Positions 30,416 to 44,886 are shown, counted from the first letter of the stretch. The stretch: 64,000 bases of DNA from the human T2T-CHM13v2.0 reference genome, Homo sapiens (GCF_009914755.1 NC_060926.1); one strand, 5' to 3'. Program-made: numbers and translations. Notes: generated by a model from the sequence alone, not told the origin.

Positions 30416-30758
30416 AGATAGTCTTCAACTTAAGATGGGGTTATCTCCTGATAAACTCATCGTAAGTTGAAAATAAGTAGAAAATGCATTCAATGCACTT
30501 GATCTATGGAACACAATAGCTTAGCCTAGCTTCATATGTGCTCAGTGATATGAGCTTACAGTTGGGCAAAATCATCTAGCAGCACAGTACTCTGTAGAAT
30601 TTCGGTTGCTTACCCTCGTGATTAGGTGGTTTACTGGGAGCTGTAGCTACCAGCTGCTGTCCAGCATCTTGAGAGCCTATGAACTGCTTTCTACCCACAG
30701 TTGCACCACCGTAAAGTTGAAAAATCCTAAGTTGAACTGTATTAAATTGGGGGCTTTT
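30416..30758. mobile_element. MER47A (Tigger5-derived)
   Basis: 'cagatagtcttcaacttaagatggggttat..ctgataaactcatcgtaagttgaaa' and 'gcaccaccgtaaagttgaaaaatcctaagttgaac'. Confidence 0.75.
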
Positions 30759-32396
30759 TATAATCATTTAGGAGTATTAATAATATGTAAACAGTAAGAG
30801 GGAGAAATATATAGCAATAAATGCAGATGGCTCATTCCTAATTTGAGAAACAAGATAATGCAGTTTATTCTGAAAAGTGATTATAAATTTGAAATTTATG
30901 GAAGGAATTCAACATCAAACAGGTAACTTTAAGAGGGAAACTCTTCCTGACCCTTAGCTAGACTAAGTTATGTTCAGATAAAGCAATCTGACTTCACACA
31001 CATATGGGTTGCCGGACTTTTCTCTCACTTACATAATTTTGAAATAATTTGTGGAATCATTTGTTTAATGTAAACATTCTTAGATTTTCCAGAGAGATTA
31101 TGGACCTTGCCTTGGTCATGGGTGTAGTCCCAGCCCTTAGAAGAGTATCTGTCATGTAGCAGGCATTCAAAAAACATTTGTTTAATGAAGAAATGTCCAT
31201 GCTACAATATGTTTGAACAGAGGAGAGGGATAGAAAGAAAAAAAAAGACTGGAAAAGAAAGAGAGAGAAAGGCATTATTCAGAGGAAGAAGATAAAAGAG
31301 ATGAACAGAGACTGGACTATCCCCATGACATTCAAAACTGACCAACTGACTCTTTGTTTCACACATTGAGTGACCCAGGTCAAAGCCCTATCAGTCAGTA
31401 TACTCACTTTGTATCCCTGACACACATATATTTTCCTAAGAATGGTTGCAGAGAAAGGCTGGAAAAAAAGGGGATGGAAATGAACATTAAAGAGACTGAC
31501 AGGGAATAATAACAGTGAAACAGACAAACTCTATTGTGTACAACTCCACAGTCAAACATTTTCTACCTCCCTGAGAATCAGTCTCGCTTGCAGGTAGAGT
31601 ATTGACTGCTAGGCAGAGCACCACGGCTATAAAACAGACCACTGAGCTAGGCAATAAAAGAGAGAGAGGGAGAGAGAGAGAATAAGAGGTCTAATGTCTT
31701 GTTTATGTCCCCTTTATAGCATGTTTGAGAGGCTCTGCAGTCCCACAGCTGGCTTTAGTTCATATGCTTTTCTGATTAAGGCAATACGTACCAAAGCAAT
31801 CTAATATTAACGTGCAATTTAGAAAAAAATAGAAGGGTGTAAAAAAGGAGGAAATCTCCACAAACAGTGTAACTAAACAATAAACAGAATACAAGACTTG
31901 CTTAATTCTTTATTAAATACATGCTTTATTTTAAGTCCCTAAAACATTTGTATCTCATTTTAAACACCCAGTTCTACCATATTGTGTTTAGTGACACTAA
32001 TCCTTCTTTATAGCCTAACCCTTTGAGAAATAAGATTATGTTCCCAGTAAATAGTAGTAACAAGTTTTATTATAACAATCCTGATCACAGATTTATAAAA
32101 ACCTTAAAGAAAAAACATGGAAATAGAAATGGCTAGGATAATATCCAATATGAGAAAGATCTTTATTTAACATGAAGTATAAAGCTTGGCTGATGAAATG
32201 TCTCTAAGAATATTTCCAAGAATATATATTTTTTACTTTTCATTAAGAACTTGACTACTCTTTTTAATCTTAGACATTGGTTTTATGCTTTATAACCTTA
32301 CCATTGTGAAACTCAGCGAGCCTAGAGAAGTTTGGGTACTGTGTGCAAATCTACTCAAGTGTTTAGCTTACCACATTGCTGAGAAATGACCACATA

Positions 32397-32429
32397 TGTG
32401 TGTGTGTGTGTGTGCGTGTGTGTGTGTGT
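32397..32429. repeat. (TG)n microsatellite
   Basis: Read directly. Confidence 0.9.
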
Positions 32430-32607
32430 ATTTTTTTTCCCAAGAGAATCTATCTTAACTCTGCTGATTATACTATATAACATATCATGACTATCTTAAC
32501 TGTCAAAATGGTCCTAAGGTTTTGACGCAACTGTTTCAAATAAACAGTTGTTTTCAATTCTTTTTTATATATTTGTATCTGATCTTGAGATTTAGATTGA
32601 TAATAAT

Positions 32608-32825
32608 AGTAGAGTGGTTAAGTGAAGAAATTTAAGAGTCAGAGAGGTTATAATTCTGGCTCAGCCACTTACTATCTGACTGAGCCTCTGTTTTCTCATC
32701 CATAAAGTGGGAAAAATACCTAGCCACTAGGGATTGTGTGAGGATTGAATAATGTGCCTTGTGCAAAGAAGACAGCACGTGCCCAATACATAATGTGCAC
32801 TCAATAAATGATAGCAATTTATAAC
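32608..32825 (+). mobile_element. MIR SINE
   Basis: 'tagagtggttaag...ctcagccacttacta...ttctcatccataaagtggg...gtgaggattgaat...cactcaataaatgatagc'. Confidence 0.75.
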
Positions 32826-33640
32826 TACAATAAGTGATTGTTAGTATTAATAATAAAAGCCACCCGTTATAGTGCAGTACTGTTACCATAACAAAGCCTG
32901 ATGTCTATCTCAATTCTAAGAAAGGCTATTTTCTACCTCCTGTCTTCTCTGAATTTCTACTTATGCCATAGTATCATCACCAATAAATATTTCTTGTAAG
33001 CCTAATAAGCATAAGGTATTACATTAGGCCCTCTAAAGAATACAGCCAGAATCAATCATTCTCTCATGTGGGCCACTACCAGATCTGTACTTCCTCTATC
33101 ATAGCAGCAATATTCTATATAGTGATGATTTATTTGTCTCTATTTAACCCACTGGATAGTGTGCTTTCATAGATAAGTCTTACTCTATATTCCCAGCACC
33201 CAGCATAATATCAGGGACATAATAAATGCCTATCCAATGCAGAATGAATGAATGGAACATGGATAAGCCCAAAGAGTTCAAGTTGAAGAGAGACATTATG
33301 GACATTCAAAAGCCTAGAGAACAAGACAAAGTTTCATATACTTATGAGGAAAAAAAAATTGCCTTCTCTGTGTCAGTGAAATGCTATTGTTAATTCATAA
33401 ATGAAGTAGTAGTCTCATCACGACAGTCTTCTGGGTGGTTTCATCTTATATTGTGAACAAAGGAATGGGTGGCAGAAGAGGGAGGAAGAAACTCTTAAAG
33501 GATGAATTACCAAAGAGTACCTGGGGAAACAATGTGATTTTTTACTGGGCTTACGGCATGCCAATCTTGTTAGTTTTGCGAATAAACTGACAAGTAGAAA
33601 TTGGAATTTAGTGAGAAGTCTAAAGGGGACTCAGGCTTTT

Positions 33641-33642
<2 letters not shown>

Positions 33643-33685
<43 letters not shown>
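33643..33685. repeat. (CA)21 microsatellite
   Basis: Read directly. Confidence 0.95.
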
Positions 33686-33688
<3 letters not shown>

Positions 33689-33776
33689 TGATTTTGGCTA
33701 TGAAAAGGAGCTAGAGTGATATAGAATGGCATCCAAGAGAGTAATGCACATCAGAAGAAACTAGCTCCAGATACTA

Positions 33777-33856
33777 TTAGGTTGGTGGAAAAGTAATTGT
33801 GGTTTTTGCCATTACTTTCAATGGCAAAAACTGCAACTGCTTTTGCACCATCCTAA
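33777..33856. mobile_element. MADE1 (Hsmar1-derived MITE), miR-548-type hairpin
   Basis: 80-bp near-palindrome TTAGGTTGGTGGAAAAGTAATTGTGGTTTTTGCCATT-actttc-AATGGCAAAAACTGCAACTGCTTTTGCACCATCCTAA with TA on both sides. Confidence 0.95.
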
Positions 33857-35574
33857 TAGTTTTAAATGCAAGGTGCTTAAACTAATTGTAGAACCAGCCT
33901 TCTTGGCCTTATCAATCAACTAGCAAATATGCTTCAGTGTAAGTCAACTGATCAGAGGGACTTTTGCCAGGAGTAGTTTCAGAGATTCTAAGATCTGGGG
34001 CCATAGATGCATACAGTAGGAATGATTTAAGATGGGTCTTTAGTGTAGAATCCTATGAATTCCAGAGAAGACTGTTACAGGACAGAGAAGTTATTTAGTC
34101 TGACCAACCAGGACTGGGCTTGAGGTAGTTTCTGAAGAAGGATTCTGCAAGGCCCAGAGTAGAGCAGAGAGAGTTGCTCAATCTCCGACCAGAACTAGGA
34201 GAACTAGTTTAAAAGGAAGTTGTAAGAAAGCCCCTATTACTCTATTTATGAATGAAGTAAAGGAATGAAGACCTTACAAGAAAGATCAGAAATCCTTATC
34301 ACTAGCATACAATGTCTACTATACAGTAGGCACCAAATATCATCTTGTTAAATTAATTTGTTGTTGCTCTGATACTTCCCCATTGCATTGATTTATCTTT
34401 AAATGCTTATCATGATTTTAATTTGGAAATAAGAATAGTCTTCTCATAATATTGGAGTGTCAAGTGAGAAATAACAAATTGTGGTTAGACATTGACAATC
34501 TCTGATAATCTGTCAAGACTTTTACAGACTTTACTTAGTTTAATTATCATGGGACGTCAGAGGGAATATTTACACCAGTGGATACTAGAAAAATGAAAAA
34601 TACTGGTTTCTTCAAAAGTATAGGTAAACAAAGAGGAAACCTTTCTCCTGGGCATCATCACTTATTTTTCTTTGATATTTATTAAGTGCACACAGCATTC
34701 CAGGTCTGAAATAGCCTATGGCCAGGAAGCTTCTCCTCCTGGACTGGCATTATTTCTCCCTAGATAGTGAGTTATGAAACTCCAAAGCGGAAGGAAAAGT
34801 TCAGCTGTATACGTATCATCTGAAGTTCCCCATGGGCAGACCAGTTCTGATTCAAGTCAGGACGAGAAGAGATTAGCGAGTGGGAAGACAGACATACAGT
34901 GAATGTCAGTTGTCTCTGAATCTTGATTCTAATGAAAAGTCACAGTTTTTACTGGTAATGCCCTGAAGACCAGGCTAACTCAGAGATAACCTTTGCTTAG
35001 GAAGACTTCTTGAGCAGCCTCAGGTTCACCATACTTTTTCTCTTGCTCTGAATCCTCCTGGTACTTATCCTCACAGTATCTACCTCACTCATTTGCATTA
35101 TCTTGCCTTTTTTTATTTTAGAATTGTTCCCATCATCATATATGTTCTTGGTCACAAGCAACTTGATCGTAAATAATATTAATTTTCCTTATGATCTGAT
35201 TCTTTCAGGGCCAATCAGGTTGTGCAGAATGAATTAATGTGAATTGAAATTTTCCTAAAACTTTGAATCCCAACTTAGGTCTTCCTGGTATACTATTGTG
35301 AGGATTTCAGTAGAGTACAACTAGGACAGAATATGGTCTGGTCTGATCATTCAGTATTGAATTGTCCTAGGAAATACTCTAGAAGATACTTGGAACCCAG
35401 GTATCACGCGGCCTGTTTTCCATTCAGATTCACCATCATCAGTTAGCGTAGGAGAAAAAGGGCAGAAGGAAGAACAAGAAAGTAAACAGCTGCTACCATT
35501 AAGAGGAAATCTCCATACAGTCTGAGATCTCCCAGGCTCAAAACACATGAGATTTAAAACAAAAAAAAATTCTT

Positions 35575-35670
35575 TTAAAGTTTTATTTTTAGTTAATACA
35601 CAATAATTGTACATATTTATGGGGCACAATGTGATGTTTCAGTACATGTATACATTATACAGTGATCAAA
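35575..35670 (-). mobile_element. L1MA 3' terminal fragment
   Basis: 'ataattgtacatatttatggggcacaatgtgatgtttc..tacatgtatacatta..tgatcaaa'. Confidence 0.75.
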
Positions 35671-36289
35671 ATATATTTTAAGGATTCCCTTCAATTGTGC
35701 ATTGGCCACACCCCCTACTATGGCTTTATTTTCTTCTCAGAAAGAATAAACCTGACAAAAGAAAACTAGGTTAAGAGTGGGAAGAAAAATGGGTCCTGGT
35801 ACTCCCTGAAAATAATATACATTTGACAAATCTTTTACATTGCTTCTCTCCATAACTGTAAAATTAAAATTCTTGAGCGGAATGATCCCTTACAGATTTT
35901 TTTTCAGCCCTAATAGTTTATGCTGCTATGATTCTAGCTAATCAAATCTACTCCTGACAGTTTCTCACCACTGTGGAAAGTACTACAAAAAGACCAGTTG
36001 GGAACTGGCAGCTAATCTTCCATCCTTCTGATAGCTTTGCTGAAAAGCCAATTCAACTTACCCCGTTTATACATGTTGAACTTGCCTAGATGCCTGACCT
36101 TTGTCAGATTTTGAAGAGAAGAAAGTAAAGGAAAGGAGAAACCTTCTCTCCATCCAACTTTTACTACACATGAAGTGGTAGGTCAGCATTAAATGACTTT
36201 TTATCTGTTTCTGCCTTGTGTATCAGAATATGGATTTTCCTAAGTGACATCAAGCTTAAAAAAGAAATTAGCTAGTAAATGTTTTCCTA

Positions 36290-36677
<388 letters not shown>

Positions 36678-37814
36678 TCAGTTGCTGATTGTCCCCTTCT
36701 CTACTAAATTCTTCAGGTCTGTAGGTAGTACTCTTTCCCATGCACAAATACCCAACTAATCTTCAGACTTGGAAACTCCACTTAATGGGTTGTCCCAACA
36801 TTTTCTTTAAATCCATGAATTTCACACTTACTTCCTTTTTTGTTCAATACTTCAAAAAAATTATTACTTTTAGAGCCACATACGACCCTGTCTTGCATCT
36901 CTTGTATTTTTCTCCACCTACACATGGGCCTGTTTTCTTTGATTCTCCCAGGTCTATCCCAGCTGCTCCTTAGAATCATTCACCCACTCAACTCTTGGCA
37001 ACTTCTACATTGCTGTCCCTTAATCTTGGAACAGCCTTCCAATCAATGTGTTTTGAGCCACCTCCTAACTTCAGAAAGAAAATTCCTCAAACTCCATCTG
37101 TTTAGAGACCATCTAGTTTCAATGATCAGTCTCCTCACCATTTTGAGAACTCTTCTAACATGTTGAAATGTAAATACTAATTGTTTTCACATAAAAATTA
37201 GCAAGCACTTTAGCGTTTAATCCAAACACCCCCAAGCTACACTTTGAATGAAAATCTTCAATTTCCCCCAACTTTCCCACTTTAAAAATGGGATTGTTTT
37301 ATGCTGAAGTTAAGAAATGAATCTCCATTGCAGTCTGTGCATCAATGCATGAGTGAAGGAATGTTTGCATTGCTTTGGGCACTGTAGAGCCTAGACACTG
37401 TTCATGTACACATGGTTAACAATTTACTTCTCTCTGCAGTATTAAATCTTCTCATGTCAGAGACTAATAGATCACAGCATAGTTAACTTACTCAAATGAC
37501 TTCCTTAATTCAGTACTGCCAGAAAGCATTTGAAAGCAGCAAATCCCAGAAGTCTTAGTGACTTCTACATTAAGCTAATGAAACGCATGTATTCATGCTA
37601 CCCGGGAATGTTGGTGGCATGTGGCTTACACCTCAAACCAACACTCTCAGTGGGTAAACCAGGAGTGGCAGCGTGCCATTTTCGTATTTCTTTTCCTGAG
37701 CTGCACACTACCACCACTTTGATTTCTATCACAGCTGATTCCCTTTCTAGGAAACTTTCCAAGCTTGTTCTCACACAGCCTAAGAGCTGCCTTTTTTCAA
37801 CCTTCATCACTTAG

Positions 37815-37947
37815 AATACCAACAATCAACATCATCATGTATTTCCCATACTGGTCAACAATTTTATCAATGGCTTTGATAAAAGTAACAGAAGGCATGC
37901 CTCTTATATTTATGAATGACCTCAAAATAAAAAACGTCAACCTTAAG
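37815..37947 (+). other. Candidate 133-nt exon (probably non-coding)
   Basis: Pyrimidine tract plus 'cacttag' acceptor and a perfect AAG|GTAAGT donor in unique sequence; no transcript evidence available. Confidence 0.3.
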
Positions 37948-40900
37948 GTAAGTAAAGTTCAGAAATTTCCTAAGAAAAAAATAAAATTATTTATTATTAA
38001 ATGTATGCAAATAAAACTTTCTTAAAATATGCACTACGAAAAGGTGGAATAAAATATATCAAACTAAAATAGTGATATATTTTATCACTAAAATAAATAA
38101 CTAAATATACATGCATATATATTTATAGATGTATAAATATCTGTGATATACAAATGTCTACATAGATCTCTACATAAAGTTTTTCTATACTTTCCAATTT
38201 CTGTTTAATCATGCTATAGTACTTTGATAAGAAAAATATATTTTAACAAGTCATTCATTATTGAAATGCATTTTGTTAAATATTAAAGACTTCAATCATA
38301 CAGAACTGATGGTTGTAAGCAAAATATCATTTTGCTATATTTGACAGAGATAAAGTTAAAAATTTCTGCACTTAAGGTTTAAAAGATAAAATCTGTAAGT
38401 GCAAAATATTGGAGAGCTGTCTTAATAGTAATATAATTGAAAATTATCTTAGATTTTTTTTTCAAATTAAGAGTGATCTCAACACAAGCCAATCATGAGA
38501 TTTGGCTGCCAAAAAAGTAATGGTTCATAGGAGGTAATTTCAACTAATGAGTCTTACAGAAGTAGGAATTGAGCGGTTGTCTTTTTTTCAGCAAACCCAG
38601 AATGAAAGAGCAAAGTCATAATAAGATTATAGACTAATAAGATGAATATAAGCAAGTATGCCCAACAAGCAATAGAACCCCCAAATTGAGACCTTCAAGC
38701 AAATTGTGGGGGCAAATTGACAGGGAGCTACTGATGGCATCTTATGCCCCCTTGCAACTTCAATGATTCAGGATACCAAGTTGCAATGGAAATGGGAATG
38801 ACAGTTATTGCATCCTGTGGAGACAAACATATACTTCCCAAGAATGAAGTGTGATCTGTGTAGTGAGAATACTGGGCTACGCAGGAGAAATACTGAATTG
38901 GTGGCCTTGAGCAAGGCACTTAGCTTGCAGTTCCTTAATCTGCTTGTATTTAGTGTTATGCTGCCCAGGGGCTGGACAAGGAACTGGATGGTTTATAAAC
39001 ACAATTATACCTATGCCTTATACAATACTCCATGAGAGCTAATATTATTTTCAATTTATAGTTGACAGAACAAGCTGAGTGATCTAGTGGATAGTATCCG
39101 AAGTTTTTTTCTAAAGTTAGCATTCCTTGCTTCATTGCAAAAAGAAAAATTAGAGCCACCTCAAGTTTCAAATCTGATCATATAGGGTCTGATTCACCCA
39201 ATGGTTCCTCACATTTTTCATGTGTTGTAACTTTTATCCATGAATATACAATTTGTCTGGTATTGTAATAAAACAATAGACTTTCAGGAGGAATGAAAAG
39301 GAGGTGGTGAAGGAATGGAAAAAAGTTTCCTTTAAGTAAAGCTAGAGTAATCTGCTTGGCATTCCTCACAAAGTTTAAAATATATCCCATTTATAACAAT
39401 TATAATGGACTTCAGGGTGGGTGGGGTAAATTGATGAGAGATAAGAAAACACCTGAAAAGGTAAAATCCATTTCTAGTTAATTGTTATCAATTAAGTTGT
39501 TTTTCTCTCACTGGGACACTGTTCTCAGTGCCCTCAGGCCCCAACTACTTACAGTGAACAGAACTAATAGCAGTCAGTTTCATTATGTCTCCTTAACAAC
39601 ACGGGAACCTGTTGTCCTTTAAAAATATATAACTGTTTTAACCTTTACATTTTTTATTTACTCATACCTAAATAGAGAACTTCTGCTAAGGTAGGAGAAG
39701 TGAATACCAAGTTCAGCTCAATTCAGTTAGTTGTGCTAAAGGCTAAAATTACAGGAACAGTATGAAGAAATAATTGACAGCTGAAGCGCATGGTCCTATG
39801 AAGCTTCTCTTCGGGGAATCTGTGATTGCTCTTAATGGCATTTTCAAAAAAAACAGGTCCTGTTCATTTTCAAGATATTTTTAAACACTCGATTACTTTT
39901 AAAATAATCAGCACCATTATGAACTCCCAGGAGGCTGTGAATTAAGAAATGAATACCTTTATTTTATAACATTTTACAAAACACTCACTGTGGACAATAA
40001 ATATCAAATCCACTAGGGGCTTGGGTAATGAAACACACGTCTTGAGAAAGTAAAACTGAAAGATGATTAGATAATTAATCACAATTAAATTTCTCAACTG
40101 ATTTTGAAGGAGCTAAACACAAGAGAGCAGTCCACAGCTTCATCTTTTACTTGAAACCTTTTGATGCCTCAACCCCTTACAGATTTAAGGTACATGCTGA
40201 GTAAACCATTTTGGAGAAGAACCAACTATACCAGGTAGAAAAACTACATTTTGGGCAATCTGGGGTGGGGAGTACAGGCATGATTCTGAATTATGCCATT
40301 CATAATACAGTGAAGTAAAATAGACTGATTATGAATATACCATGTACTTGAATTGTCCTTGCAGTGGCACAGGGCTGATATCAACCAACTCAAACAATAA
40401 ATATAATGTACCTACATTTCTAATTGTTTATAATGACCATCAAATATGATTCTAGTTCTAATCTCTTTGACGATCTTCTAGAGGTCATAATTCTGTGGAG
40501 GACTTGCCTTAGCTCGGGCAACACTGAGAATCCAGTACATGTGTACTGGCACTTTCATAGCCACTTGGAACACATACAAATGCTGTATTTATCTTTATTG
40601 CCCTGTATACAAACCAGGGTTTGGCTTTCCTGTATCCTGACAGTCAAAACATCTTCCGGAAATGCTTCTCAGCAGGAAGTTGGCAGTAACTCTAAAATTG
40701 GGTTTCTGACAGGGCATTCTCTAAGGAGTATCGTTGCTTTGGAATTATAATTTTATGCTCCTTAGATTCCATTCAATTATATTGAAATTCAGGATATTTG
40801 TTGAAACCAATCCTGATACTCTGGGAATGATAGGGCATTCTTTTCGTATCATATTTCAGAGATAACTATCAATCATTCTTTTAGTCTTCCATTTCTTTGA

Positions 40901-41071
40901 CACCCTTTTATTGAACATCTCCCACTAAATAAAGGTTCTCTGATTGATTTTATGCAACAGCAAAGTAAAAAAAAAAATATTGTTACTTTGAGATGTTTAT
41001 AGTCTGGTTAATTATGTGGTCACTACATTAAACAAAAGAAAACACATCTTGTGGCGTTAGCAGTATGCTGA

Positions 41072-41305
41072 CAGCCTGGGCAACGTGGTGAAACCTGAAG
41101 TCTACAAAAAATCCCAAAAATCAGCCAGGTGTGGTGGTGTGCACCTGTAGTCCCAGCTTCTTGGGAGGCTGAGGTGGGAAGACAGCTTGAGCCTGGGAGG
41201 CAGAAGCTGCAGTGAGCTGAGACTGTACCACTGTACTTGCTAGACACAGAGTGAGGCCCTGTCTCAAGACAACAACAACAAAACACCAAAAATAAAAAAT
41301 AAATA
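41072..41305 (+). mobile_element. 5'-truncated AluJ
   Basis: Starts mid left arm at 'cagcctgggcaacgtggtgaaacc'; right arm complete; (CAA)n/A tail. Confidence 0.85.
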
Positions 41306-42644
41306 TGTGTGCAAGCACAACATCAGACCAAAATGGTGATAAACAGACAGATTCAGGCATATGAATAAGTTGACATGTCCAATGTATCTAGTATCAGTCT
41401 TCTTTATTCCTAAAATATGGAATAAAATATGAACACCATTTAGTCCAATGATAATTCTTACATAGAGAAAGAAAGTTAGACAATAAGTTCTGAGACAATG
41501 TCCACCAGCATACAAGCTATTTAACCAATAAACTTAGATTTATTGGTTAATAATAATAACTGGTATCAATAATATATGAACATGTCATTGATACAAGTAA
41601 ATCTCTTGATTAGACCCAAATGTATGAAATTCTAATACTGATTCTTTGTCTTTTCTCTCTTCTCTTATCTATGTCCAATTAGTTTTTCAAGGCCTCTCAG
41701 AGGTTATTTCTTTCAGTTCCCAAACTACATTAGGTTCTCCTATAATCTTTTCTTGGTTTGAAGCATCTTCGATAATTTTAAGTTAATAAATTGCTATTTT
41801 TTGTCAATGTCCATCTTCCACTTTTAAACTTAATTTCATTTAGCTGACTTGTCTGCCTTTGCCAATATACCTATGACCATAGGAGAGTAACTGGAATGTA
41901 GTGGATATACATATCGTTAAAAAAGCTGTTGAAATAACCCAAACCCCAGGGAAGGCCTCATATTCAAATGGAACTTCAAATACACCATTGCTGGTTATAC
42001 TTGGTGATGTTATGGTATCTAATTTCTTTTCGTGAAAAGGTTAAATTAACAAATTAAAATTTCAGACTGGCATGTCAAACTCAGAATTATTTATACCAAG
42101 TTAGGCAATGAAATGCCTACATCTTATACTTGATTTTATATACTTTCTTCGTCTTAAATAGTAGTATTAGACTGTGTTGAGTATCAAACCATAAGTATGC
42201 ATTCTTTCTGTAAAAATGGTCAAATAAAGACAGGTAAAAAGCATGGATTTTCCTGTATGTTTTTATAGAAATTTCATGTAAGCTAATAAGTTATAGGTTT
42301 GCCTATTTAAACAGGCTTTCACCTGGAGGACAATGGGGTGTTACAGGAAATAGGAGAAATTCTCATAAGGATGATTAAGTTTTCCTAACTTCTCCTCCTG
42401 CCCTTTTTTTAATTCCATGAATCAAAAGGGAAGTCCCCTTTGTACATTCTTCTTTTAACTTATAAAATCTATTTGAAAACTTATAATTTAAGAGAAGATC
42501 TTTTTGTGAATTTAGGAACTTATTCCTGAGAGCAACTAATTTACACAGGCTAGTGTGGCTCACGCAATGACTTAATTTTTAAAATATCAATGCTGTGTTA
42601 CTGTACTATTGCTACAAAAGTTGGTGACAGGAGACCTTGGTAAG

Positions 42645-43027
42645 TGTTATGGTTTGACTGTGTTCCCCAAAGTTCATGTGTTAGAAACTTAATCTCCCAT
42701 GCAGCAATATTGAGAGGTGAAAACTCTAAGAGGTGATTAGGCCATATGGATCTTTCCTCATAAATGGATTAATGTCATTAGTATAGGAGTGGGTTTGTTA
42801 CAAAAGAAAGTTTGGCCCCCTCTTGCTCTCTTGTGCTCCCTTGACCCCCACCTCCCCTCAACACACACATTTTACCATGGGATGATGCTGCAAGAAGGCC
42901 CTCTCCAGATGCTAGCCCCTTGCTTTTGGACTTCGCAGCCACCAGAACTGTAAGGAATAAATATCTGTTCTTTATAAATTATACAATCTGTGGTACTCTC
43001 TTATAGCAACACAAACAGATTAAGAAA
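42645..43027 (+). mobile_element. MSTD-like ERVL-MaLR solo LTR
   Basis: 'tgttatggtttgactgtgttccccaaagttcatgtgtt...ccagaactgtaaggaataaa...ttatagcaacacaaacagattaaga'. Confidence 0.8.
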
Positions 43028-44886
43028 ATAAATCATATTAGTATTTCACAACCTAGAAGAGCAGGAATTTTAAGAATAAACCCCTGAAGCACAGAGTTGA
43101 TGTCATTTATTCTAATATGCTCTGGACTGATTTTCCCAGACTTTGGAAATGTTTTACCTTTAACTTCCAGAATAACTTTCAAGAATTTTGGCCTCCCTAG
43201 TAGAGCTCAGAGAGCTAAAACAGCAGAATTAAAAGGTCTTGGGAGTGAGGCAGGGCAGATGAAAATGAGAATGTTGTCTCAGATATGTTAGGGAGTTTCA
43301 CAAGTTTGCAGAAAGAAAAAAAAGCAAGAAAAGACAACTGAAAGATACAAGTAAATAAGACTGAGATAAAATGCTGGAATAAAAGAGAAGATCCCTGAGT
43401 TGACTGTGCATTAATATGGAATGGGAAGGGGAATTGAAAAAAAAATAAAGCCTATAGAGCAAAATTTTATTAGAATAGCAATATCATAAGTTAATGAGTT
43501 TGGTTATAACTAAACCTAATTATAGTGCTTTAAAAATAATCTTCTTGGGAAGAGAATCCATGTGTTTCAAATTTACATTACATTTGAAATACAATAAAAG
43601 CAACCCTCTTAAAATATAGTTATTAGGGATTTTATCACTTATTTTGAAAATCTAATACATGATATTGAAGCATTGGGAACACTGGGACAATGTTGGTTTT
43701 TGTCACAATGCAGCTTTATGGCAAGGATTCCTATTCTTGTTTATTTAAGTTCCAACGTAGTAATAAGATAGGCTGGCTTTTAGCAAATGGATCAATGAGT
43801 CTTAATCCCAGATCTGAGACTCTCTGTTGGTTACAAAGCTTCTAATTTACACAGAAGAATAAGAATTAAAATGGTCAGGCTGCAACAAATGGCTTAGGGA
43901 TGAATGAGAAACAATTGAAAGTAATTTCCTCAATTATGTCTCTTCTCTTTTTACATGCAGTTTCTGTACAATTCAGAGAGGTACATACAGAGGGACCACT
44001 TCATTTAGTAATCTATGTTTCTGACAATAAAAGAAATCTTATGAACAATTGACTTATTTTCATTTGTAAACATCTCTGCAGATTAATTTTTGCTGCTACT
44101 TAATGAGGCAGATTATGAAACTTACTTATTAATTTATCAAAGTTGCCATCTATGATAATCATTGAGGTGTCCCTCTCTTGAACTACTATCTGTTCATCAC
44201 CAATACAGCCAATCATGCAATTCTAAAATGATGTGATCACAAGGCTTACATGATAACTAGCGATGAATTCATCAAACCAAACTTATTTAATAATACCAGA
44301 ACTAGCAAAAATACACTAAAGGAGAAATTAAACTGCAAATACCTTCTCAGGTAGGCTTTTTATATGATTGTCTTACTGCCTTTCTAATTCCCATAGCGAC
44401 CTCCTTTGTTATTATCCTGCTACATAAAGAGTTGACTGAGTTGAAATTACTTACAGATTATCACTACAGGATGCATTTTACTATACTAGCGTTTTGATAG
44501 CCCTGACTGTAAAACATTGCCAGATGATAGGATCATAGAAGAGGAATAGAAATGTCAATGCATTTAAGTCATGAGAAGGTGCCTTAGACTGCAATAGGTA
44601 AGGTGAAAAAGAGATGTCTTTTACAAAGATATGCAAATATTAAATATCATAAATCAGTTCTAAATTTTGAGCTAAACTCTCAGACCAGAATAATTTCAAC
44701 TTTAGGGGAAAAGGTGAATTGATATACAGTAATAGAGGACAAAGAGAAAGCTCATAGTGGAAGTAATATTCTTTGTAATTGGTCATAGTTGGTGCTTGAT
44801 AAATACATGTTTCATACATGAATAAACATGCGAAAACAAAGACGTAGTAGAGAAAAGTTTTCAAATGGGTATCCTGAAAGCTATAT

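Noticed and set aside
31628-31634. TATAAAA box
   Set aside because: Isolated motif in AT-rich DNA with no supporting promoter or first-exon evidence
34774-34902. 42-aa ATG ORF MKLQSGRKSSAVYVSSEV...
   Set aside because: Short, unrecognised and expected by chance
39553-39616. Minus-strand 64-nt exon-like segment ending in GTAAGT
   Set aside because: Weak acceptor tract, poor exonic donor bases and stops in all three frames
40424-40750. 108-aa ORF in unique sequence
   Set aside because: Non-ATG start, no recognisable domain, no convincing splice boundaries
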